A stretch of DNA of 64,000 bases from positions 2,170,001 through 2,234,000 of the forward strand of contig LSRY02000004.1 of NCBI GenBank assembly GCA_001643675.2. Direction: 5' to 3'. Of this stretch, positions 14,080 through 27,400 are shown in pieces. The notes under the pieces were generated by a model, which was not told the DNA's origin, did not search any database, and worked only from the letters and a program-made list of their open reading frames with translations. How positions within the stretch are numbered: position 1 is the first letter of the stretch; every line of letters starts with the position of its first letter. Source of the DNA: Monocercomonoides exilis PA203 (Eukaryota > Protista > Preaxostyla). The position numbers were made by a program, and so were the translations under genes.

Positions 14080-15412
14080 AAATTGATCAATTTTAGCTGT
14101 TTCTTCTTTGGAGCATGTTCAAAATGTGATAATGCAGAAAAAGAAACAGAAAACTTCTATGAATTTTTGCATTTTATTCAAAGAAGAATAGAGTTTTCCG
14201 AAGAATATTGAATGATGATGAAGAAAATTTTCATGAAGATAAATTTAACAGATCAAAGCATAGAAACAAGTTATTAAAGAAAACAATGTTATCATTGTTT
14301 TGTTCATTTTTTCAATAAGTACTTTCATTTTAAACATTTTTTACAAAAAAAAATGTTCCAATAAAAAAAAACGTGCAATCAATCCTTATAAAAATCACAC
14401 TTTCGTTTATGTTTTGATAAAATATTCTTTCTTTAGTGGAAGTCAAAAGCCTTTTATCTTTTTATTAGTGATTTTTTTGAATGTCAAAAATTACATTTTC
14501 TTATGAACTTATTCCTATCGAAAAACAAAAATCTATCGAAACTTTCACGAAAGAATTAGAACGAAAAGGAACAATCATTTTTTGTTTAATCATTTTGAAC
14601 GTTTGGAATCATTTTCAGTTTTTGTTTCTCTTCAAAAGCAAAATCAATGGCAGTTAACAAACAACAATTTAATTTTTATATTGCACACATGAAATAAGTT
14701 TCAAAAGAAATCAATCGTCTTTCATTAGAACCATGATTCTTTTTACAGACGAATTCATTTTCAAGGAAACGAACGATTATTTTTGTGTGTTTCCAAAAGA
14801 AAAGAAAGCAGCTTTTGCTGAATTCACAATAAATATTGCAATCAGCTTTGGATCACCCAGAAAAGTGAATTCCATGATTTGTCGAACATTTCGTAATGTT
14901 GTCGTCAGTCAAATAATTCTCAGAAAAAAGAAAGAAAAGCAAAATCATAATATCCTTCTTTGCATTTTCCAATCACACAAAAAATTTAAGGTGTTGTTTA
15001 ATTCACAAAATAAAAATATAGCGAAAATTCTCAAAGTGATGGAAACATGCAAAATGGCAAGTTTTGGTTCCCTAAAGTCAATACGCAATGGTGCAGGATT
15101 CTCACCCACAAAAAAAAAAAAGACACAACTGGAGATACAGCTTTCAACCAACTCTCAAAAACTGAAATTTTCAACAAGCAAATTGTTCAAAAAAACAAAA
15201 AAGACAAATTCAACAAAAAGCAGAGGCAAAAAATTAGACAATTCACACAGTATTTGAATATTAAAATACATACATATACACGAAATAAAAAATGAGTAAA
15301 AAATATAAATTTGGGAAGAACAATGAATAAACACAACAGAAAACGCAAAATATTCACAAATTAAAAACAATAATTTTGTTCAAAACAAGCATCAATTTGT
15401 CTTTTATTTCAT

Positions 15413-18400
15413 TCATCGCAGCAATAACTGCTTTGTTGTTTTCCTGTCTTCCTCTTCTCCTTCACCTTCATCACCATTCCCAACGTCATTTCCATTGTCC
15501 CCATCATCAATAATGATGCTTTCCTCTCCCCCGCTGTGTTCATTTCTCCCATCCGCCTCTTCCAGGTCTATCGCATCTGACACTGTGAGGATCTTCGCCT
15601 CTGCTGGGAAATGCACAAAAAACTCCTTTTTCAGCTCGCTCAGCATCGGCCTCCCCTCCCACCGAGGTGAAAGGCACACACCAATCAGGTTCCCATATGT
15701 TGTGTTCTCCACCACATCCAGCCGAGGTCGCTCTCCCTTCACAATCTTATCTCCAGCAATAACTGCCTCGTACTCCCCAAACGGGATCTGCAGCGTCAGG
15801 CACTCCCACAGCATCATCCCAATCGAGAATGCAACTGACTGTTTTGTCGCACACATGTTCCTGTTCATTAGCAGCTCCGGTGCCTTCCACCGCTTGCACT
15901 CATCCCTGTTGTCTGCCTCATCCTCAAACGCTGACGAGGGTGGTGGAGAGTCGGTAAACCTCTCGCTCATCACCGAAACATTCGATGAGGAAGACGAAAC
16001 AATGGTCAGCGAAGAGATGGACGATGAATCTGAATCGTCAGAAGAAGAGCATTCAGAGCGAAGTGCAACAGCAATGTCCATGTGCTCCGAGAACAGCACA
16101 ATGTGCGGACTCAGATTCTCCAGAGACGAGAGTGGATTGCTCATCTCATCAAATGAGTGCAGCGCAAGATTCGCCACCCAGAACAGCACCTGTGCTCCTG
16201 TCAGCTCCCGCTCCTCAAGATTCCCAATTGGCATCTCCTTCGTCTTGTTCCTTCCATGCATCAGCATGAAAAACGAATCTCGAAAATCAAGAATCAGTTT
16301 CTCATGTGGAGATGAACAGGTCATAGCATCCACCAGATTCGACATTGAAGAGGTGGTTGGACACAGATCTTCTCCTCGAACAAATGTGGAATCTGAATCA
16401 GTCGTTGAAGTGGTTGAAGTGGATGAAATGGATGGAGAAGGTGTTCGCTTTCTTGTTTCCTCTTCCTCATCATCAACCTTCTCCAGCATCCATTGAGGAA
16501 TATTGTCTGAGTCTCTTCCCAAAATGTATTCAGTAGAGCCACTCTCAGACAGAAGATGTTCTGATGACTCAGAATGTCCCAAGCTTTTCTCGTACACCCT
16601 CTTCTTTATCCTCTCTTCATTCTTCTTCTCTGCCTCCCTCTCATCCCTTCTCCACTGCTCTTCAGGTGACATTTCCATCGTCACCATCTCAAATGCCTTC
16701 GGATCCTTCTTCACTGTGTCTTCCACAATCACCTCCAATTCTTCTGTTCTTCTCTTTTGTTTTCTCCATCGTATTGTCACAAGAATGGATATTGCAAGAA
16801 CAATCAATAAAATAATAACAAGTATAATTACAATGATAGGCCAAAATGATTTTTCTTCTTTTGTCTCACTTTTGACGATTTCATTATTTCCATTTTCATC
16901 TTTCTTCTTTTCTGTTTTATTCTTCACCACAAACGATTCTGTTCTTCCTTTCTTTTCGGGGTTGCCAAACAAGATGCAAACAGCCACCTCTGCCCTTTCT
17001 TCAGCCGAAGATATGATCCCTGATGTTATTGAACTGCGAGCTTCGTTCTCACAAACAAATTCATCTTCCTCCAGCAAATACACCTCAATCGAGCTGACTT
17101 CTTCAATTGTTGATGTAATTTGGAACGACAGATTGCATGGCAGAAGAAGGTTTCCTCTGAACGTCAGCTCCGTTCTCCCTCCTTTTTCTTCTGTTTCCAC
17201 TCTTTCCAATGCTGGGATGAACAATTCAGATGCTCTTTCTGAAGCCATTCCAGACAGCTCACACCCCTCATTCAGGATCCACAGCGATGTGTTTGGAAGC
17301 AACCCATCTCCTCCTTTCAAGCTCTCCATCGCCAGCTGCCCTTTGCCTTCACAGATGATGTTTCGTCTGGCTGAAGGGAATCCATCAATAGCTTTGCTAT
17401 TCCCATAATATTCGCCTTTCTCCACACTCACCTCCCCACCACAAATCGACATTCCTCCTTCTGATGAATTCACAACCGCTGTGTCCTTCATTGCTGCTCT
17501 TGTTCCAGCAAAATCAACCAGTGACCCATTCCATCGGCAGATCTCCTCCTGCTGCGTGTTCCTCTTTTCATCGCTTTTATTGTTCCCTTTCCATCCATCA
17601 AACAAACACTTGTCGATCGTTGCATTCGTGCACAACGACAACGACACAATGCTCCCTCTCTGAGTGCTTAATAAGCAGGAAACAAACGAGCAATTGTCGA
17701 TGTCCACTTCATTTGCTGCATTAAACGAAAGCATCGGATGTCTTCCCGAAACATTTATGCTCGTGAAAGACGAAGATACAATCTGCACAACAGAGTCTTC
17801 TCCACATTCTGCCAAACTTCCTTCAAAACTTGACTCTGAGAAGGACGAAGAAGTTATCTTCATATTTCCAGAGCTCGCAACACGAAACATCGGAGACGCG
17901 AATGCCAAGAAGGACACAGAAACCTCATAAGCTGTGCACTTGCAGCCATTGGCAGAAATAAGACAAAATGGAACAGCTTGAGCAGAACCATCACTTTCTG
18001 AGGTGAATGCACAGCAGCTCAGTTCAAGAACGCCTGTTTCTGGGCAAAGAAATGCTGAATGGAAAGACACAAATTCCTCTCCAAAAACAAAGCGAAGATA
18101 GCTCAGTGACACAGAACCAGCTGTCGATATGAGCGCCAATTCGTGCTGGAGAATATTTGAATGCACTTCAATGACGCATTGCGCCTTTGTTCGAGATGCC
18201 AGCCCCATTTCAACCATCTTCGCTTCGCCCCCAAGATACGATGCTTTGTCCACAAACATTTGGCTCACAAAATTATTCGACAGATGAAGAAGACCATAAT
18301 CAATCGAAAGACACGGCAGATATTGCGTCCCGCATTGTCTGTCATCTTTCCCATTTCTCGACGGATCAGAGCTGACAATGATCGTGTCTGCTCGATAAAT

Positions 18401-21400
18401 CGTGATGAAATCAAGAAGATTCGTGTCTGCTGTGTGATCGGTCTTGTCAATCCCAAAAATCGCTTTCGCTTTGTCTGTCACTTTCTCAACATCAAACCCA
18501 AACTGCGTTTCGTTGATTTGTGCAGTGATGTTGTGGCATTCAATGAAGATGTCGTTCCCAACAAACGCTGTATTCGCTATAAAGCTCACTCGGCTGAACA
18601 GGAAATCCAGTTTTCCTGCTGTTGCTGCTGCCAAATAAACTCCTCCCCCTTTTCCGTTGCTCGAGCAGCAGCATCGCGTGACTGTCGAATCGCTCATCTT
18701 GAACGAGCTTTCAGACAAAAGTGAAACAAGTACGACTCCTCCTTTCATGCTGCACTCAGCCTTAACATCGCTGAACACCGTCTTATCCACTTTCAGATCA
18801 ACTTTGTTGATCCCAGAAAATACAACACCCGACCCATCGTCAACACGCGCAATGGAAGAGAACGTCGATCCGTTTATTCGAAAATCACATCTCCAGTTGC
18901 TATTTTGCTTTGTCTCCTGCCCGATTGACGAAGAAAGCGAAAAAATACTTCCATCTGACAGATTCAGCGATGATACCGATAAGCTCGTGAAGGAACACAA
19001 CTGCGCCATATTATTCACTGCAAATATGTTCTCAGCAAAGTTGGAGGAGCTTATTGTCAGATCATCAACAGCCAGCTCTCCTCCTTCAACTGTCACAAAC
19101 CGCACTTTGCTCAAATCCTCCATCAGCCCTTTCGATTCAAACGAGCACATCCTCACAAGAAGGATGCCTTCCTTGCTGTGAACAATGGAGCTTGCTGAGC
19201 CATCAAAATGCTCTGCAACCCTCAGGCTCATCCTCTCCAGCGACAATCTCACAGCATTGGTCAGAAACGGCTCTCCATCGTTGATTGTTTTGTTCTGGAA
19301 CTCGACCACAGCCTTTCTCACTTCGTCAGGCGACGCTGAATATGAAGCTATTGTGTAATTCGACACAATAAATGCATCACGCACAAAAGTCGAACCATCA
19401 ACTGTTATTACCTTTGACGGAGAAGATCGCTCTATTTGCGCCATCCCTTTCCAGAACGATTCGCACGGATCATCTTCGCTTCCACATCTGGCAATGTCGA
19501 ACCCATTCGAAGAGACAAAAATCGTATTGTTCTTGTACCCACACAAAAACCGCAAAAGATCGGTGTCGTGATGCACTGCATCACTTCCACAGAAGAGCGT
19601 GTGTTCCATCTTGGATTTTTCAGCAAGAAACACAAAAGTGCTCTTTGTGACTGTTCGATTCAGGTCGCTCGATGCAATAAATACGTTCTTCCCAATCATG
19701 GCTTCGTTACCTGCCAGAATTATTTCGCTTCCAAAAACAAAAGGTGCAGGAAGCAGAGATTCTGAACACTTCACAAAGAATGCTCCCCCTCTTCCATTTC
19801 CTGCACACGAGCATCCCTCTGCTGTCGTTCCGTTAATGCTCAGCGATTCTTCCTCTGTCAGCTCCACCCTCGCCACTCCACCCTCGCCACTGGATGCAGA
19901 CGCAATGTTGGTGAAGTTCATTCCTTTGATCAGAACAGAGGAAGACAAATCGAGCGGAACCACGCCAGACGAGAAAGATGGCAAAGTGCAGTCTGCCAAT
20001 TCCACCTGCCCTTTCGCAGACGAAATCAAGATGTAATCAATGCAAGATCCAGACGAACACTCAAACACACAGCCCTTCACTGCCAACTGGGCTTCCGAGG
20101 CGCTGGGCGGATTAAGTCTCAGCAGATTCTGAACAGGAGGTGCGAACGAAGGCGGGATGGAAAGCAACATGTTTTGAATGGACAGACTTTTTGCGCTCAA
20201 AAATATGGAATCCAAAGTGCACAACTCCAGGTCACTCTTCACGACAATCGACGATCGGGCGCTTCCATATCCCGGGATGATAGAAAACGAGCTCACATCG
20301 TAGGTGTCTTGCACAACTGTCGAAGCATCCACAGTCAAAAGCTTTTGATCTGATCCCGTCTTGTCCATGTTCGTGTATCCTCTCCAGAAGGTGTTGCACG
20401 GATACTCGTCGCTCCCACACCCCAAATAATCACGCCCTGCAGCAGACACATGAATGCTCGAGGATTGCAGCTGCAACAAAAACAGCGTCAGGTTGACTGC
20501 TTCCTTGTTTGTGATCACCTCGTCTCTTCCAAATAAATCAACAATCAATTCGCCTTCCTCATTCACCAAAGGAAACTGAAACCTCGATTGCAGGACTGTA
20601 CGATTCAGGTCAGCACATGCAACAAACATGTCTTTGCCATGATGCGCTTTGTTTCCAAGGAAATGCAACGATGAGAATTCGATTGCTTCATCCAGATCTT
20701 GGCTCAATTGCACGAAAATGGCTCCTCCGTTTTTCGCTTCTTCGTCTGCCGAGTTGTTGCTGAATGAAACATCAGCAATCGAAAGTCTGTAATTCTTCGA
20801 GAAAATCAAATTAACTGCCCCGCCGTTGTCTTTTTCTGAAGAGCAATTCGCAAATGACGAGGTATTTGCGATCTCAACCTCCAACGCATTTTCCCAGTGC
20901 ACAACACTTCCAGACTCTGACGAGCATTCGCTGATATGAGTGTTGTTGATTGCAATGCATGTTCCTTTCATCCCTCCAATCAGACTTTTCTTGCTTGTGC
21001 ATATCGAGGCAAAAGTGCAGCCACTGATAATCAAGGAACCAGACTGCATCACACAGATCGCTTGATCCGCCTCAAACACCAGCTCCGAAAATGTCACAGA
21101 CGTCAGAGTTATCGTGCTTCCCTTTCCGCACAAGATGCTCTGCTTTATGTTGGAGATTTGAGCATTCGCACTTTTTGAGACATCACACGAAATCAGGAAT
21201 ATGCTCCCCACTTTCCCAACAATCAGCGAGTCTTGCAGGCTCTCAGCGCTTGTGGCAAAAGCAAAGCGGACATTCTGGATGGTCAGCTGAGTCGACAAGT
21301 CTCCGTCGCTCACGCATATGCACCCGCCACCATCCACAATCATGTCTGATTTCACAGATTCCCCTCTGATCGTCAGCGACGAAAGATTCTGCTTGATTTC

Positions 21401-24400
21401 CCCTTCCAGCTTTGCCGATGATGTGATGTGCAGAATGTTCTTTTCTGTTCCCAACTGCGTGAACCCAAAACTCAATTCCTTGCAAGGCTTGACGCTGCTT
21501 CCGCATCCTGCTTCAACCTGCCCCAGCCCGTCGTCAACAAACACAATATCGTCGACTGACGGAAACAAAAACCTCAGAAGCGACATGTTCATTTCTGCAT
21601 CGCTCGGATCCAGCACCCACATCGTCTTTTCAAACTCGCTCCCATCTTTCGCAGACCCGCTCCAGAGCAACGGGTTGATCATCCTCCGCGGAAGCTGGCA
21701 CACAAGATACACATCCTTCCCCAGCAGCGCATCGTTGTTGTTGAATTCGTCCGACTTCATCGAATACGTCAAGTCCACATCTGAAAACGTCAGGTGCAGA
21801 CCCCCTCCCAGCCCGTCAATCCCCGGCACCCTGCTTTCATTCACACAGTTCTTCTCAAACAGAAACGTTCCTCTTTTCGCCACCGAAATAAGCATGCTTC
21901 CTCCTTTTGTTCCTGTATGGTAGCACATAACCTTGGCAAAGTTGCATTCCTTGATCTCAATGCGCTTTTCGCTGTCCACCTCTCCCACAACCACTCCTCC
22001 GTTTCCTTCTGTTCTGTTCACCTCGCTGAAGTTGCTCTTCTTCAGAGTCAGCGAAGCTCCTCCCTTCACACAAATCGCTGTCTGCCTCAGAAGGGATGTC
22101 GAGTTTATCGTCGAATTCTCGATTTGAGCTGCCGATGCCGAAGACACAAAAATCACTCCGCCGCTTTCACATGTTGTGTTGACACTTTCCAGATGCAGCT
22201 TGTCAAACACTCCGCTTGCTTGTGCGCCAACCAGCTCAATCGCTGGCGCTTCATTGAATTCCATGGAGTTCAGATTAAACTCAGCCAGCTTCACACTTCC
22301 CGAAGTTATCAGCAAAAACCGATAGCTTGGATTGCCGCTTTGCATCACCATGCTGCACCCCTCAACAACCAACTTCGATCCAGCACAAAGAATAAGGCTC
22401 TTCCTCTGAACATGCAAAAACTCACACGGAGCACAAAATTCAAGCCAGCTGATTGCAACTTCGTTCTGCGTAATCACAAGTCCATCTCCGCTCTCTCTGC
22501 CATCTGCCGCGATGTTCACTCTTTCAGGCTTCGAAACACCTTTGATGACCATCGGCATTGCGCACAATACAAGCTTGTCAGCAATCGAAAAATTAGGCTC
22601 AAGGCAAACAGCTGCCACACCACTCGCAAAACGGTTTTCTGCTGCGTATACGATGGAGGAGCACGGATACCACGAAAAACCACACGACTGATAATCAGCC
22701 CCTTCCTCGCTGTTAACAAACACAGGCGATGTCCAATTTGACAGAAACGAAACAAGCGGAACGTGCTTGTCTGCGTTCCTGTCGAATCCCACAAACTCGT
22801 TGTGCTTCTCCTTGCTCACATCGCACTCAACTGCAAAACGCCGTTGTGTGACAATTCTGCTCAAATCGTCTCCCTCAACGAAGATATTCTCTCCTCTCTC
22901 CTCTGCTTCGTTCTTTTCTGTTTCTGCTCCGAAAATCGTGTGGCAAATCACATAATCAAACACCTCGCCGCTGAATCTGATGGAAATCCCTCCGCCATTG
23001 CCTCCATTTCCGTTGCCTTTTTTAGCTGCACAGCTCTTAAAGACGGAGTTCAACTCCTCTTTCCCAATTTCGAGATGCCCTGTTCCTGACACACTCAACC
23101 CCAGCCCTCCCCCACAGCCGTCCTCTGTGCAGCAATCGAGAAACACCACCCCTTCCAGCACCATTCGGCATCCATCTCCCACAACCCCTTCAACAGCCCC
23201 GCCTTGCCCTTCCGATCGGACAATCTCAGAGAAGGTTGTGTTGCTCACACACAACACTGCTCCATTCTCATCAAAGATCATTGGGGATGCTGATGCCATT
23301 GAAGAAGAAAAGTGGCTTTTGTTGACATTCATCGCCCCAGTCGAAGAATACTTCATTATTTCTCCATTTGCACTGGACGTGACATTTTCAAACATCATGC
23401 TCATTATTTCACATGCTCCTGACTCGTTCACCACAACAGCTGCGCCTGCCGAGAATTGCACGTTGCTCATGACGAATCCATTCACCGCCAGTTTTCCAGC
23501 TTTGGCTGCAAACAAACAATAGGAGATTGAGGAGACCCCAGATTCTGGCTGGCACTCACAGTTTTCGATTTCAAGCACTCCATTGGAATCTGCAACGGAA
23601 AATACTGCACTTTTCGTCGAATGAAGAGAAGACACCATCTCGATGAAGAAACACGAAAAGAACACTGCTGCTCTGACCTCCATCACAGACGTCGTTTGCG
23701 TCTCGTTTCCCTCCATTTTCAGTCTTGTCTTCGTTTCAAGACCAGAAATGCTGTATCCCTTTGCATCACTCAGCACACAGCTTTCTCCAACAGCATATTC
23801 GCTTGGTATCGTGACAGCTTTCTTTCTTCCTGGCAGCCGAGCAAATGAGAAGTCGAGTGTCCGGCATCCAAAGTCAACATACCCGCAGACAGGCACATCG
23901 CTTCCCTCGGCCGAGACGCAAACAGCATCACCAAGCACTCGGAAATAGCACACAAGAGGAATCATAGCATTTACCCATTTCTCGTCAACTCCCACACACG
24001 AAGCAGTAGAAAACGGATTCTGCTCATCGTAGAAGCAGAACGACTCCCTGTTGACGCTCGATGCAAGGTCAGGAGAAGACACAAAAATATCATTCCCGCA
24101 CTTCGCTTTGTTGGGAAGCTCATCCGAAAAAGAAGGCGCATCAATCGCAAACGATGCATCAGTCTGCAGAACAAACAACGAAATGCCTCCACCGAATCCA
24201 CTCAGCATTTCTGAAGGCGCTGTGCACGATAAAAAGCTTGTCGAATTAATCAACAGCTCGCAGCTGCTTTTCAGAGAAGCAAATATTCCCCCTCCCGACT
24301 GCCCATCATTCTGCACTGAACATCCCTGAAACGAGCAATTGAAAACTGTCACACAATGAAGCACATCCTCTCCTGCTGCAAAATCGATGCACGACCCGTT

Positions 24401-27400
24401 TCCGTTCGAAAGGCTCACATCTGCAAATGAAGAGCATCCAACATACAACGAGCCACAGTTTTCACTGTGTATCACCCCGCGCTTCGCAAGAGAGAACCCG
24501 CCAAACGAACAGTTGGTGATGTTGGCCAGCCCAGACGAGCTCGTCTCAACGAAGCTCTGAGGACCGGTTGTCGCAATGCTCGACAGATTTGCACCAAACA
24601 AATTGCACACCACACTTCCACTCAGCAGAAGCATTGGCGCACTGAACGAAAGCGCTTGGTCAGCAGCCACCGACAGCGAAGCGACTGTCAGCACCCCACC
24701 AGATGCCATCACAGCTGTGTATTCAATGGACTCAGTCTCAGATGTCTTTCCAATCGAGCAGCTGGTTAACGAAAGAGTCGCACTTTGCAACGATATGAAC
24801 GATGCCCTGTTCCCAATCGAATGGCTCAGCAAAAACGTTATGTTCGCAAATGTTGCTGGAACGGACACCGAAACAAGCATTTCGCGACTTTTGACCGAAG
24901 AAGAGCCCACTTCCGTTGCCTGCCCCTGCGAAGCAGCACCAAAAACATACGACTGCGAAGCCAACGTCAGCTCCTTCAAAAATGCAAATGATGGCAGCAG
25001 ACTCAACTCGCAAGCAGAATTCGCAAACCGAAAGGCAGCTGCGCCTTCGACTGTTCGACACGGATAATCTTTGTATCCGCAGAACGTGTCATCTGCATCG
25101 CTCTCGCTTCCAGACACATACGCTGGCGATGAAAATGTCCGCAAATACAACACCAAAGGAATCACCTTGCTGCGATCCCCCGCATCATATCCGCTCAGCT
25201 CATCCAAATCTGCCAGCTCCACCCCTGTTTGAGGCTTGAACGCAAACGAAGACGCCTTCACCAACGATGGCAGATTGCTCCCATCCACAAACACATTCTT
25301 CCCTTTCCAAGCTCTGCAGCCCCTGAACGAAATGCTCTTCAATATAAAATCATTGGCTCCTTGATCGAAAAGAAGATACAACGCTCCGCCCTTTCCTTTG
25401 TTTTCGCTGTTGGGCGCGCTGCATTCTTCAAAGCCAACTTCGCTCGTCTGCCCAATTCGCAGTTGACTTCCGCTGCCCAAACACAAGCCAAACACCCCTC
25501 CATTTTCAGCTGAACTCGTGCAGTTTCTGAAAGTGATGTTCGAAATCGCAAGAACCTCTCCATCGCCCAGTGTTTTGCCAATGATCGTGCCGTTTCCTCT
25601 GCTTCGGGCAATGTCGCACACGCTGCCTCCTTCAAACAAAAGCAAGCTTGCAGACTCCTTCTGAAACAGTCCGCACTCTTGAAGAGAAAAGCCGCGTATT
25701 TCGCAGAGTGTCAGGTTGACGCTTCCTCCAAGAAGAGAAAACTGCGAATGCTCCAACACTCGATTTGTTGAATCTGCAGAGATTTCGCATTGCACCAGGT
25801 TCAGCTTCCCTTCTGCTTTTGAAACCAAAAACAGTGAGGATTCCAGCGACACGCCTGTGTCCACAACAATCGAAAAATCAGTCACGGTGAAAGAGCCTGT
25901 TGTGATCGTGACCAGCCAGCCATCCAAGTTTTTGGAGGTGATCGTCGGTCGATCTCCACTTCCTTTTATCCAAGTTTCCACCGTTTGCCCGTTTATCGCA
26001 ATCGAAGTCTCCAAATGGTTCACCCTCGAAACATACACTTTTTGCAGCTCTGGCTGAAGCCATCTGGTTATCGCAAAGCCGATTGTCTTGCATTCTCGTC
26101 CAACATTTCCACAGACAATGTTATCTTCTTTTGATGGATCCACATGAATTGACGAAGTATCAGCTGTTTGAATCCAGTTTTCTTTTGGTTCATATGCCGT
26201 GCAAGCCCAATCAGAAGGATAAGTACAATATGCAATTCTCTTCTCCAATGATGTGGAAAAGCAAGTTGTGAAGTTGTCGGCAACATAAAATGTCAAATTG
26301 GATGTTCTAATTACAATATCTGTTCCTATGTTATTTTCGCATGTGTTTTGATCAAAATACAAAAAGCTAATATTCATCTGAAATGCATGTTCATTAAGAG
26401 TTCCAACAAGTAAGGCTCCTGCATACATTGCGCTTGAGCATTCTTGGAACAAACAATTTGAAAGCGACATGCTGTTGCAATTGTTATTCCAAAAGCCAAT
26501 CGAACCACCATAATACTTGTTAGACTTATTGCGATAGAAAGTGCACGAACTAATAATAATTGCGGATATTTGATTCATAATGTCAAATGCTCCATAATGC
26601 AGCCCTTCGTTTTCAATAAAAGTCGAATCTGTAATTGAAATATCTCCAGCAGATTTCGAATAAATGTACATTGCACCCCCATAACTTGATGCACATGAAT
26701 TATTTTTAAACGAGGAATTGGAAATATTTATGAATCCTGATCCAGTTGCCGATATCGCACCACCTCCCAAATCGCCTGTATTGTATGTACTACTTTTACA
26801 ACTCAAAAATGTTGTTCTTTCAATGGTTAGCGTCGCATTTCCGGTAATCAGCACTGCTGCTCCATCATAAACCTCACTCACAACGGTAAACAACGAATCA
26901 CGAAGAACAACATTTCCAGAAGAGTTCACCTGTCTGGTGTTGTTGGCCTGTACCCTGCTTGTGACAAAACTGCAATTGAAAGACAAGTAATGGTGGAAGG
27001 TGTGATATCCATCAAAAATGCATCCGCAATCCGCACCAGCAACTTCGTTAAATGATGAAGACTCCGCTTCAATCATGCCAATCCCATTTCCAATGAATTC
27101 TCTTTCTTCTACGAGCCCTGTTCCTCGCATCGCTTCGGGCTTGTGGGTGATGTTTTCAAAATGGCATTCGTCCACAGCAACCGATTCCATCTTCCCAGCA
27201 CTCAGAAAAGGATTCATCGAGTTCACAGAAAACGAATGCATTGCACTCCTTTTCAGATGGATTCTCGAGGAATGTGCCAGCGAGTTCGACAAAACAAATC
27301 CACATGCGACGTTTGGTGTTGAACACAAAAATGAAATATTTTCGAGTCTCAGCAGCCCTCCAAACGAATCACAGAAATTGTCTGAGTTCCAATTTCTCCA

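Noticed and set aside
14733-15295. 174-aa Lys-rich plus-strand ORF
   Set aside because: AT-rich intergenic composition with A-runs and no recognisable motif
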